Assembly: GCF_017876815.1 (NCBI RefSeq)
Contig: NZ_JAGIOS010000002.1
Coordinates: 1,616,043-1,648,042, forward strand
DNA length: 32,000 nt
From: Sinorhizobium meliloti
GTDB taxonomy: Bacteria > Pseudomonadota > Alphaproteobacteria > Rhizobiales > Rhizobiaceae
Direction of reading: 5' to 3'
The position numbers and the translations under genes are program-made. Of the stretch, positions 8,022 to 16,664 are shown piece by piece. Each line of letters opens with the position of its first letter. The stretch's first letter is position 1. The notes under the pieces were generated by a model. It searched no databases, was not told where the DNA came from, and was given only the letters and a program-made list of their open reading frames with translations.

Positions 8022-10355
8022 ATGAATGTGATGCAGCCCGTCGATCGCGTCCGCGGCGCCGTCCACGACAAGGAACGCCACGAATCCGGTCACAAGCATG
8101 TTTCCGGAACCGCCGAGTATATAGACGATATTCCCGAGCCCGCCGGTACGCTTCACGGCTATCTGGGGCTGTCGCAGCGCGCGCATGCCGAAATCCTGTC
8201 GGTGGATTTCGAGGCGGTGCGTAACAGTCCGGGTGTCGTGGGAGTGCTCACGGCGGAGGACATACCCGGCGAAAACGATATCAGCCCGGCGCACAAGCAC
8301 GACGATCCGGTCTTCGCGGCCGGCAAGGTCGAGTTCCACGGCCAGCCGATCTTCGCGGTCATCGCCACCTCGCGCGAGGCCGCCCGGCGCGCGGCCGGCA
8401 AGGTAAAGATCGATTATCGCGATCTGCCGCATGTGACGGATGTTCTCGAAGCGGCCGCCGCGAACTATCCGCTGGTGATCGATCCCCTGAAGCTCGAGCG
8501 TGGCGACATCGATGCCGGCTTTGCCAAGGCGAAAAACACCGTTTCGGGCGAGATGCGCATCGGGGGCCAGGATCACTTCTATCTCGAAGGCCAGATCTCC
8601 TTCGCCATTCCCGGCGAAGATGATGAAGTCACCGTCTTCTCCTCGACCCAGCATCCCAGCGAGACGCAGCTCATGGTCGCCCATGTGCTGGGCGTGCCGT
8701 CGAATGCCGTGACTGTCAACGTCCGGCGCATGGGCGGCGGCTTCGGCGGCAAGGAGACGCAGGCAAATCTTTTCGCCGCGGTTGCGGCAGTGGCGGCGAG
8801 GAAATACCGCCGCGCGATCAAGGTGCGCCCCGACCGCGACGACGACATGACGGCGACGGGCAAGCGCCACGACTTCCACGTCGACTACAAGGTCGGCTTC
8901 GACGACGATGGCCGCATCGAGGCGGTGGACGCCGTCTTCGCCGCCCGCTGCGGCTTCTCGGCCGACCTTTCCGGACCGGTGACCGATCGCGCGCTCTTCC
9001 ACGCCGACAACTGCTATTTCTACCCGAATGTCCGGCTGCGCTCGCGCCCGCTGAAGACCAACACGGTCTCGAACACCGCGTTCCGGGGGTTCGGCGGACC
9101 GCAGGGCATGGTCGGCGGCGAGCGGATGATCGAAGACGTCGCCTATGCGCTCGGCAAGGACCCGCTGGAAATCCGCAAGCTCAATTTCTACGGCGGCGAG
9201 GGGCGCAACCTGACGCCGTACCACCAAACGGTGGAAGACAACATCATCGGCCGGATCATCGAGGAGCTCGAGGTTTCGTCCGACTATGCCGCCCGGCGGC
9301 AGGCGGCCATCGCCTTCAACCGCGAGAGCCCCGTCATCAAGCGCGGTATCGCGCTGACGCCGGTGAAATTCGGCATCTCTTTCACCAAGACGGAATATAA
9401 CCAGGCCGGCGCCCTGGTCCATGTCTATACGGACGGTTCGATCCAGCTGAACCACGGCGGCACGGAGATGGGGCAGGGGCTCTACACCAAGGTGGCGCAG
9501 GTCGTGGCGGACGAGTTCCAGGTAGATCTCGACCATATAAAGGTGACGGCGACCTCGACCGGCAAGGTGCCGAACACCTCGGCGACGGCCGCTTCGTCCG
9601 GTTCGGACCTCAACGGCATGGCGGCCGCCAATGCCTGCCAGCAGATCAAGGAGCGGCTCGTGCGCTTCGCGGCCGAGCGCTACGGCGTCGGCGAAGCTGA
9701 TATCGCCTTCGAGCCCAACACGGTCCGGATCGGCGCCGAGCGCATCGCCTTTGCCGATCTTATCAAGGCGGCTTATGCCGCGCGCGTGCAGCTTTCGGCG
9801 GCCGGATTCTACAAGACCCCGAAGATCCACTGGAGCCGCGCCGAGGGGCGGGGGCGTCCGTTCTATTATTTCGCCTACGGCGCCTCGTGCTCCGAGGTCA
9901 GCGTCGACACGCTGACCGGCGAATACCAGGTCGAGCGGACCGATATCATCCACGATGTCGGCAAGTCGCTGAACCCGGCGCTCGACCTCGGTCAGGTCGA
10001 GGGTGCCTTCGTCCAGGGCATGGGCTGGCTGACGACGGAGGAACTCTGGTGGGATGCCAAGGGCCGGCTGAGGACGCATGCGCCCTCCACCTACAAGATC
10101 CCGCTCGCGTCCGATCGCCCGCGCGTCTTCAACGTGCGTCTGGCCGAATGGTCCATCAACAGGGAGGAGACGATCCGGCGCTCGAAGGCGGTCGGGGAAC
10201 CTCCCTTCATGCTGGGGATTTCGGTTCTGGAGGCGATATCCATGGCGGCGGCGAGCGTCGCGGATTATCGTATTCCGCCGCGTATCGATGCCCCGGCAAC
10301 GCCGGAGCGCGTGCTGATGGCGGTCGAGCGCCTGCGCGCCGCCCGGGCCGGGTAG
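8022..10355 (+). CDS. xdhB: Xanthine dehydrogenase molybdopterin-binding large subunit
   Basis: Start refined to ATG 8022 (MNVMQPVDRVRGAVHDKERHESGHKHVSGTAEYIDDIP), 13 nt after the xdhA stop. 777 aa. Motifs GGGFGGKE, FRGFGGPQG and AVGEPPF are characteristic of XDH/aldehyde oxidase Mo subunits. Confidence 0.93.
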   Translation: MNVMQPVDRVRGAVHDKERHESGHKHVSGTAEYIDDIPEPAGTLHGYLGLSQRAHAEILSVDFEAVRNSPGVVGVLTAEDIPGENDISPAHKHDDPVFAAGKVEFHGQPIFAVIATSREAARRAAGKVKIDYRDLPHVTDVLEAAAANYPLVIDPLKLERGDIDAGFAKAKNTVSGEMRIGGQDHFYLEGQISFAIPGEDDEVTVFSSTQHPSETQLMVAHVLGVPSNAVTVNVRRMGGGFGGKETQANLFAAVAAVAARKYRRAIKVRPDRDDDMTATGKRHDFHVDYKVGFDDDGRIEAVDAVFAARCGFSADLSGPVTDRALFHADNCYFYPNVRLRSRPLKTNTVSNTAFRGFGGPQGMVGGERMIEDVAYALGKDPLEIRKLNFYGGEGRNLTPYHQTVEDNIIGRIIEELEVSSDYAARRQAAIAFNRESPVIKRGIALTPVKFGISFTKTEYNQAGALVHVYTDGSIQLNHGGTEMGQGLYTKVAQVVADEFQVDLDHIKVTATSTGKVPNTSATAASSGSDLNGMAAANACQQIKERLVRFAAERYGVGEADIAFEPNTVRIGAERIAFADLIKAAYAARVQLSAAGFYKTPKIHWSRAEGRGRPFYYFAYGASCSEVSVDTLTGEYQVERTDIIHDVGKSLNPALDLGQVEGAFVQGMGWLTTEELWWDAKGRLRTHAPSTYKIPLASDRPRVFNVRLAEWSINREETIRRSKAVGEPPFMLGISVLEAISMAAASVADYRIPPRIDAPATPERVLMAVERLRAARAG

Positions 10356-10381
10356 GGACGATCGCGCGGCGAAGATAGTGG

Positions 10382-11248
10382 ATGACTGAGATGGCGCGCA
10401 GAGAGGACATACGGGATTTCCTGAGCCGTGGAACGGCCTGCGTGCTTGTCGAGGTGGCGAGCGCGGCAGGCTCGACGCCGCGCGATGCGGATGCCTGGAT
10501 GCTCGTCTCAAAAGATCGCACCTTCTCCACGATCGGTGGCGGACAGCTCGAATTCATGGCGATCGACCACGCGCGCAAGCTCGTTCAAGGGGCGAACGCG
10601 GATCTCCGATTGGCGATCCCCCTCGGCCCGGAGATCGGCCAATGCTGCGGCGGTCATGTCGCGCTTTCTTTCAAAAAGGTCGATGCGGACACGCGTGCGG
10701 CACTTATCGAACGCAGCGACGATGAGATCGCGCATCGGCCGCATGTCTATATCTTCGGCGCCGGCCACGTCGGCAACGCGCTCGCAATGGCGCTGTCGCA
10801 CGTGCCGCTCAGGACCGTTCTCGTCGACACGCGCGAGCACGAACTCTCGGCCGCCGACGTGCCGGGTATCGAGACCTGCCTGACCGCAATGCCCGAAGCC
10901 ATCGTGCGCGACGCGCCGCCGGACAGCGCCTTCGTCGTCCTCACCCACGATCACGCACTCGACTTCCTGATCGCGACTGAGGCGCTCGGGCGCGAAGACG
11001 CCAGTTACGTCGGCATGATAGGCTCGAAGACAAAACGCGCGACTTTCAAGAACTGGCTGTCGCGAGAGGTCGATCGTCCTGAGCTTTTCGGGAGGCTCGT
11101 CTGCCCGATCGGCGGTACGGCGGTGAAGGACAAGCGGCCGCCGGTGATCGCAGCGCTTGCCGCGGCCGAGATACTGACTGCGGCGCTGAACCGCCATCTG
11201 CAGCCTCGCGCGCCCACCCCGAAGAGCCGGAGATCGATCAAGGCATAG
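10382..11248 (+). CDS. xdhC: Xanthine dehydrogenase accessory/maturation protein XdhC
   Basis: 288 aa. It has the XdhC_CoxI N-terminal region (GSTPRD...GGGQLE) and a Rossmann-like C-terminal part (VYIFGAGHVGNALA, YVGMIGSKTKRA). It sits directly after xdhB. The start could also be ATG 10391. Confidence 0.87.
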   Translation: MTEMARREDIRDFLSRGTACVLVEVASAAGSTPRDADAWMLVSKDRTFSTIGGGQLEFMAIDHARKLVQGANADLRLAIPLGPEIGQCCGGHVALSFKKVDADTRAALIERSDDEIAHRPHVYIFGAGHVGNALAMALSHVPLRTVLVDTREHELSAADVPGIETCLTAMPEAIVRDAPPDSAFVVLTHDHALDFLIATEALGREDASYVGMIGSKTKRATFKNWLSREVDRPELFGRLVCPIGGTAVKDKRPPVIAALAAAEILTAALNRHLQPRAPTPKSRRSIKA

Positions 11249-11630
11249 CCCGGTTGTCGCCCTTTCGCGGGCGGATCACGCAGTCTGCCACGTGATCGAC
11301 CTCGTTCAGTTCGGCGGCGTGGCGCTGACCCCACTCGCAAAGTGCCAGCAGGACGGGCTCGAGGCTGACGCCGAGCGTCGTCGCCGAATATTCGACGCGC
11401 GGCGGTATCTCGCGGAAAATCTCCCTGTGTACGAGGCCATGCTCCTCCATTTCGCGGAGCTGCTGGATCAGCACTTTCTGGCTGACGGCGGGTATCAGCC
11501 TTCGCAACTCGGACAGCCGCTTCGGCCTATCGAACAGATGGTAGAGGACGATGGCTTTCCAGCGTCCGGAAATCACTTTGAGTGCGCGCTCGGAGGGCAG
11601 CACCGGCAATTTCTTTATGATCTCAGCCAT
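11238..11630 (-). CDS. HxlR-family winged-helix transcriptional regulator
   Basis: Start refined to ATG 11630 (MAEIIKKLPVLPSERALKVISGRWKAIVLYHLFDRPKRLSELRRLIPAVSQKVLIQQLREMEEHGLVHREIFREIPPRVEYSATTLG). This is the classic HxlR pattern (GRWK..IL..L....RF.EL...IP.IS.K.L...L.ELE..GL..R......PPRVEY.LT..G). The 3' end overlaps xdhC convergently by 11 bp. Confidence 0.82.
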   Translation of the reverse strand: MAEIIKKLPVLPSERALKVISGRWKAIVLYHLFDRPKRLSELRRLIPAVSQKVLIQQLREMEEHGLVHREIFREIPPRVEYSATTLGVSLEPVLLALCEWGQRHAAELNEVDHVADCVIRPRKGDNRAMP

Positions 11631-11730
11631 GGTTACCCATCGGTCAGTATGGAACGAAAGAGTGTGTAGATGCGGTCTGAAGACTAGCCCTAAATAGCCG
11701 CGCAAACCAACAGTTTCGAGGCAAGTTCTT

Positions 11731-12711
11731 ATGAAGGCCATTGAGTTCCGCCGCTTCGGGTCGCCAGACGTGCTCCAAAGCGTCGATGTCGCTACACCGA
11801 GTCCGGGAAGGGGCGAGGCGCTCGTCCGCGTGGGCGCCGTTGGCGTCAACTATTTCGAGGTTCTGATGCGGCAGGATCGCTACGCGGTCACGCCCGAACT
11901 GCCGATGATCCCAGGTGTGGAGGTCGCCGGCGTCGTCGTAGCGGTCGGGGAGGAACTTTCCCAGGATATCATCGGCAGTCGTGTCGCGGTCCCGATGTTC
12001 GCTCATGGGCGGGGTACCGGCGGATATGCCGAATATGTATCGGTCGATGCCGCGATGCTGGTACCGATCCCGGACGGACTGTCCTTCGAAGCCGCTGTTG
12101 CCCTGATGGTGCAGGGCCTCACGGCTCTTTATCTCGTCCGGCAAAGCTCGCTGCAGAACAAAACGCTGCTGATCAGCGCTGCGGCAGGCGGTGTGGGTTC
12201 ATTGCTCGTGCAATTGGCAAGGGACGGCGGCGCGCGGACGATTGTAGCGGTTGCAAGTTCGCAGAAAAAGCTCGACTCCGCCCGTTGGCTCGGTGCTCAC
12301 CTCGGCATCAACTATGCGGCGCCTGATTGGACGGCAACGCTCAGGGAGGCTTTGAACGGTGGCGGGGTCGACATTCTTTACGATTTCGTCGGCGGCGAAT
12401 TTACCCACGCTGCGATCGATCTGCTGGTACCGGCGGGAGAGCTGGTTTTCGGCGCCCTCGGCAGGTTTGCGTTGAGCGGCCGGCAAGTAGAATCGATGTT
12501 CGCACTGAACCAATCCCTGCGCGGCTTCGCCTTACTGCCGCTCTTGAACCTCGCCGGATTGAAGGCGGACCTCACCGAGCTTTTCACCCGGGCGCAAGAG
12601 GGCGCCTTGACGGTCGCGATCGACAGTCGCTTTTCGCTTGATCGGGCCGCGGACGCACACCGGGCTATCGAGAGCCGCCGAACGATCGGTAAGGTCGTGC
12701 TTGTGCCCTGA
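11731..12711 (+). CDS. Zinc-type/MDR NAD(P)H:quinone oxidoreductase family protein
   Basis: 326 aa. MKAIEFRRFGSPDVLQ...GEALVRVGAVGVNYFE, cofactor motif AAAGGVGSLLVQLA, and a C-terminal GKVVLVP. Diverges from the HxlR regulator, a common pairing. Confidence 0.8.
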   Translation: MKAIEFRRFGSPDVLQSVDVATPSPGRGEALVRVGAVGVNYFEVLMRQDRYAVTPELPMIPGVEVAGVVVAVGEELSQDIIGSRVAVPMFAHGRGTGGYAEYVSVDAAMLVPIPDGLSFEAAVALMVQGLTALYLVRQSSLQNKTLLISAAAGGVGSLLVQLARDGGARTIVAVASSQKKLDSARWLGAHLGINYAAPDWTATLREALNGGGVDILYDFVGGEFTHAAIDLLVPAGELVFGALGRFALSGRQVESMFALNQSLRGFALLPLLNLAGLKADLTELFTRAQEGALTVAIDSRFSLDRAADAHRAIESRRTIGKVVLVP

Positions 12712-12722
12712 GGGCGCTTCGC

Positions 12723-13670
12723 TCAAGCGCTGGAACGCTCCTGCACTTCGGCAGACTCGGCCAGCATCTTGCCGATCAGCCGCTGACAGCGCTCGGCCAT
12801 GAAGTCGATCATCAACCGCACCTTCGGATCCTGGAAGCGCTTGTGAGGGTAGATCGCCGCGAGCTGTGCACCGAGCGGTGGCGTCTCTTCGAGCACCGGG
12901 ACGAGCAAGCCCTCGTCGATATGCTGTTTCACCTCGAAGAGCGGCTTGTTGACGATGCCGCGTCCGTCGAGCGCCCACTGGGTTAGCACGTCGCCATCAT
13001 CCGAATCATAAGGGCCGCCGACCTCGAACTTGCGGACGCCATCCGGCGTCTGCAAGGTCCAGTAATACTCCTTCGACCCGGGATAGCGCAGCAGAAGACA
13101 GTCGTGGCTATGGCTGAGGAGGTCGTCCGGCGACGAAGGGATGCCGCGCCTTTCGAAATAGCGCGGCGACCCACAGAGCACGCGGTCGCAGTTCATGATG
13201 CCGCGCATGCGCAGGTTCGAATCCTCGAGTATGCCGAGCTTGAAGGCGATGTCGACGCCCTCGGCAAGGATGTCGACATTATGATCGGAGAGGCGCAACC
13301 GCACCTCGATATCCGGATAGCGGTCGTGAAACTCCGGTATGCCGGGCGCGATCAGCCGCCGCCCGATGCCGAGCGGGGCGGTGATCTTCAGCGCTCCCTT
13401 CGGATTTCTTGAAAGATCGGCAATGGCGCTCTCCGCCTCGTTGACCGCCTCGAGGATCTTTACCGCGCCTTCGTAGAAGACCCGTCCGTGCTCGGTCGGC
13501 GTCAGTTTTCTGGTGGTGCGGTTGAACAGGCGCACGCCCATATGCCGCTCCAACTCCTTGATTCTGTTGCTGGCAACGGCCGGCGTGACGCGTTGATCGC
13601 GGCCCGCTGCCGATAGTGTTCCAAGTTCCACGACGCGCACGAACACACGCACATTATCGAGATAGGACAT
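12723..13670 (-). CDS. LysR-family transcriptional regulator (candidate regulator of puuD-guaD / purine catabolism)
   Basis: 315 aa. N-terminal HTH: FVRVVELGTLSAAGRDQRVTPAVASNRIKELERHMGVRLFNRTTRKLTPTEHG. Diverges from puuD with a 149-bp shared intergenic region. Confidence 0.88.
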   Translation of the reverse strand: MSYLDNVRVFVRVVELGTLSAAGRDQRVTPAVASNRIKELERHMGVRLFNRTTRKLTPTEHGRVFYEGAVKILEAVNEAESAIADLSRNPKGALKITAPLGIGRRLIAPGIPEFHDRYPDIEVRLRLSDHNVDILAEGVDIAFKLGILEDSNLRMRGIMNCDRVLCGSPRYFERRGIPSSPDDLLSHSHDCLLLRYPGSKEYYWTLQTPDGVRKFEVGGPYDSDDGDVLTQWALDGRGIVNKPLFEVKQHIDEGLLVPVLEETPPLGAQLAAIYPHKRFQDPKVRLMIDFMAERCQRLIGKMLAESAEVQERSSA

Positions 13671-13819
13671 GCTTCCGCCTCTGCTCTTCCGGCGCGAACG
13701 TAGCGCTCCGGCCTCTCTTCGATTTTATAGTTTTTTTTGAAAGAGTTGGTGCGATGGCGCCGTTCCCGCCTCCCCAAGCAATGACACATAATGAACGCGA
13801 GAGAAATGGGGAGAACTCA

Positions 13820-15058
13820 ATGTACGAGTATGCCATCGCCTGGGATTGGCTGACATTTGCGGTCAGATGGCTGCATGTCATCACCGGCATCGCCTGGATC
13901 GGCTCATCCTTTTACTTCGTCGCGCTCGACCTGGGGCTGAAGCAGCGTCCGGGCATGCCGGTCGGCGCCTATGGCGAAGAATGGCAGGTGCATGGCGGCG
14001 GCTTCTACCACATCCAGAAATATCTGGTTGCGCCGGAAAACATGCCGGAGCACCTGATCTGGTTCAAATGGGAGTCCTACGTCACCTGGCTCTCGGGTTT
14101 CGGCATGCTTGCGCTCGTCTATTATGCCGGCGCGGACCTCTACCTCATCGATCCGAACGTGCTCGACGTCTCGAAGCCGATGGCAATCGCCATCTCGCTG
14201 GCTTCGCTTGGCTTCGGCTGGCTTGCCTATGACATGATCTGCCGTTCGCCGTTCGGCAACGACAATACGCGGCTGATGGTGCTGCTCTATTTCATCCTCG
14301 TCATCGTCGCGTGGGGCTACACCCAACTCTTCACGGGCCGGGCCGCCTATCTGCATCTCGGCGCCTTCACGGCGACCATCATGTCGGCCAATGTGTTCTT
14401 CATCATCATCCCGAACCAGAAAAAGGTTGTTGCCGACCTGATCGCAGGTCGCACGCCCGATCCTGCGCTCGGAAAGCAGGCGAAGCAGCGTTCGACGCAC
14501 AACAACTATCTGACGCTGCCCGTGCTGTTCCTGATGCTGTCGAACCATTATCCACTCGCCTTCGGGACGCAGTATAACTGGATCATCGCCTCGCTGGTCT
14601 TCCTCATGGGCGTCACGATCCGCCACTGGTTCAACACCCGCCACGCCAACAAGGGCAGCCCGACCTGGACCTGGCTCGCGACGGTGCTTCTGTTCATCGC
14701 CATCATGTGGCTCTCCACCGTGCCCAAGGTCCTCTCCGACGGCGGAGAGGCCAGGGCTTCGACGGCCGCCGAGGCCGTCGTCGCGCCACCGGACTTCTCC
14801 AAAGTGCGCGACACCGTGCTTGGCCGCTGTTCCATGTGCCATGCGCGCGAGCCGGGATGGGAAGGCATAATCGTGCCGCCGAAGGGCGTCGTTCTCGAAG
14901 CCGATGGCGACATCGTCGCGCATGCCCGCGAAATCTACCTGCAGGCGGGGCGCTCGCATGCCATGCCGCCCGCCAATGTCACGGGCATTACCGAGGAGGA
15001 ACGCCAGCTTATCGCCAGCTGGTACGAGACGACCGTAACGGAAGGAAAAGTCCAATGA
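13820..15058 (+). CDS. puuD: Integral-membrane cytochrome-c urate oxidase (urate hydroxylase PuuD)
   Basis: Start refined to ATG 13820 (MYEYAIAWDWLTFAVRWLHVITGIAWIGSSFYFVALDLGL); ATG 13781 is an alternative. 412 aa with multiple TM segments. The C-terminal soluble cytochrome-c domain has the haem motif CSMCH (14828..14842) and a downstream HAMPP candidate Met ligand. Its position in a urate-degradation cluster that lacks any cofactorless or FAD uricase fits PuuD. Confidence 0.85.
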   Translation: MYEYAIAWDWLTFAVRWLHVITGIAWIGSSFYFVALDLGLKQRPGMPVGAYGEEWQVHGGGFYHIQKYLVAPENMPEHLIWFKWESYVTWLSGFGMLALVYYAGADLYLIDPNVLDVSKPMAIAISLASLGFGWLAYDMICRSPFGNDNTRLMVLLYFILVIVAWGYTQLFTGRAAYLHLGAFTATIMSANVFFIIIPNQKKVVADLIAGRTPDPALGKQAKQRSTHNNYLTLPVLFLMLSNHYPLAFGTQYNWIIASLVFLMGVTIRHWFNTRHANKGSPTWTWLATVLLFIAIMWLSTVPKVLSDGGEARASTAAEAVVAPPDFSKVRDTVLGRCSMCHAREPGWEGIIVPPKGVVLEADGDIVAHAREIYLQAGRSHAMPPANVTGITEEERQLIASWYETTVTEGKVQ

Positions 15059-16398
15059 GCGATCAATTGATCCGCGGCCGCGTGCTGACTTTCGTCAAGG
15101 AGCCCGCGAGCGTCGACGATGCCGGCTCCTATCGTTTCTTCGAGGACGGCGCCGTTTTCGTGAGCAAAGGCCAGATCGCCGGCGTCGGTCCTTACGGCGA
15201 CGTGGCGAAACAAGCGGGGCCCAGCGTAAAGATCGCCGATCATCGGCCGCATCTGGTAATGCCCGGTTTCATCGATACGCACCTGCATTTCCCGCAGACA
15301 CAGGCGATCGCCTCCTACGGTGCGCAGCTCCTCGAATGGCTGAACACCTACATCTTCGTCGAGGAGCAGAAGTTTAAGGCGCCCGAGCACGCGGCCTTCA
15401 TTGCCGACCGCTTCATGGACGAACTCCTGTCCAACGGCACAACGACGGCGGCCGCCTATTGCTCGGTGCATCCGGAAAGCGTCGATGCATTCTTTACGGC
15501 AGCCGAAGAGCGCAACATGCTGATGATCGGCGGCAAGGTGATGATGGACCGCAACGCGCCCGACGCGTTGCGGGACACGCCCGAAAAGGGCTATGACGAG
15601 ACGAAGGCGCTTATCGCCAAGTGGCATGGCCGCGGCCGCGCGCATTATGCGATCAGCCCGCGTTTTGCGATCACCTCGACGCCGGAGCAGATGGAGGTGA
15701 GCCGCGTGCTCGCTGCCGAGCATCCGGATTGCTACGTTCAGACCCACCTGTCCGAAAACCGCGACGAGATCGCTTTCGCCACTTCGCTCTATCCGGAAGC
15801 GAAGGACTATACCGACATTTATGCACGCTACGAGCTTCTCGGCCGCAAGACTCTGCTCGGCCATTGCATCCATCTGAGCGACCGCGAAATATCTGTCCTC
15901 GCAAAAACCGGGGCGGTCGGCGTCTTCTGCCCGACCTCGAACCTCTTCCTCGGCAGCGGCCTCTTCGATCGCGACCGTTTCGACAGGCTTGGCGCGCGCC
16001 ACGCGGTCGCGACCGATGTCGGCGGCGGGACGAGTTTCTCGATGCTAGAAACGATGGACGAGGCTTACAAGGTTCTGCACCTGCAGGGCCAGCGGCTCTC
16101 CCCGCTCAACTCCTTCTACATGCTGACGCTCGGCAACGCGCGCGCGCTCGACCTCGAACATCGGATCGGCTCGCTGCACGCCGGCGCGGATGCGGACATC
16201 GTCGTCCTCGACAGCCGCGCCAAGCCGGCCATGGAGCTCAGGATGCAGGTTGCCTCGACGCTTGCCGAAGAGCTTTTCGTTCTGCAGACGATGGGCGACG
16301 ATCGCTCGGTGGCTGAGGTATATGTTGCGGGCAAGCCGATGAAGAGCGGGCGGCGGGAGACGAAGGCCGAGGCCGTCAGGGTACTGGCAATGGCTTAG
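15055..16398 (+). CDS. guaD: Guanine deaminase
   Basis: Start refined to ATG 15055, overlapping the puuD stop as ATGA. 447 aa. Amidohydrolase metal motif PGFIDTHLHFPQ, later HLSEN and ATDVGGG, typical of guanine deaminase. Confidence 0.9.
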   Translation: MSDQLIRGRVLTFVKEPASVDDAGSYRFFEDGAVFVSKGQIAGVGPYGDVAKQAGPSVKIADHRPHLVMPGFIDTHLHFPQTQAIASYGAQLLEWLNTYIFVEEQKFKAPEHAAFIADRFMDELLSNGTTTAAAYCSVHPESVDAFFTAAEERNMLMIGGKVMMDRNAPDALRDTPEKGYDETKALIAKWHGRGRAHYAISPRFAITSTPEQMEVSRVLAAEHPDCYVQTHLSENRDEIAFATSLYPEAKDYTDIYARYELLGRKTLLGHCIHLSDREISVLAKTGAVGVFCPTSNLFLGSGLFDRDRFDRLGARHAVATDVGGGTSFSMLETMDEAYKVLHLQGQRLSPLNSFYMLTLGNARALDLEHRIGSLHAGADADIVVLDSRAKPAMELRMQVASTLAEELFVLQTMGDDRSVAEVYVAGKPMKSGRRETKAEAVRVLAMA

Positions 16399-16446
16399 CT
16401 AAAAGTACGATCAAAGGAAACGTGCAGTAGCATCCGGCTGCGAACA

Positions 16447-16549
16447 CCTTCGCCCCATTTAGATGGGGAGAAGGGACAAGCGGCAGCCTCCGTGAGCTTT
16501 CGCGAGGGACGCGAAAGGGTGCCCGCCAGTCCCTTCGCCCCGCCCGCGG
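16447..16549. repeat. REP/RIME-like intergenic palindrome mosaic (left part)
   Basis: Hairpin 1, 16447..16474: CCTTCgCCCCA-tttaga-TGGGGaGAAGG. Hairpin 2, 16497..16517: CTTTCGCG-aggga-CGCGAAAG. The left half of hairpin 3 (CCTTCgCCCCG..) runs from 16532 up to the IS. Confidence 0.7.
16541..16549. repeat. Target-site duplication, left copy (CGCCCGCGG)
   Basis: This 9-mer immediately precedes the left IR and recurs immediately after the right IR. Confidence 0.8.
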
Positions 16550-16571
16550 CAGGGCTGTCCGGGGAAAGTTC
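16550..16571. repeat. IS left terminal inverted repeat
   Basis: CAGGGCTGTCCGGGGAAAGTTC. Confidence 0.85.
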
Positions 16572-16664
16572 CGGGTGAATCGAAATGTCGCAGGCGCATG
16601 CCCCGTCAGACGGCGTTTTTCCGTCTATTTTCTGGTTGTCGAGACTCAGAAAAGGAGACGGAGC

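Noticed and set aside
8001-10511. Very long antisense ORFs. Examples: 836 aa opposite xdhB, 905 aa at 24815..27532 opposite A2M, 655 aa at 19836..21803 opposite pbpC, 521 aa at 6506..8071 opposite xdhA, 535 aa at 30392..31999 opposite the ALDH, and 390 aa at 16395..17567 opposite the transposase.
   Set aside because: All are Arg/Ala/Gly/Pro/Asp-rich and low in complexity, with no recognisable motifs. The opposite strand encodes motif-rich, full-length proteins. Stop-free antisense frames are expected in GC-rich DNA.
11631-11645. The 8-mer ACCCATCG is shared between the hxlR start region (GGTTACCCATCGG) and the palindrome at 2908..2929 (GTAACCCATCGTG).
   Set aside because: The match is short and has a different context: at 11631 it partly covers the hxlR start codon region. 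Most likely coincidence.
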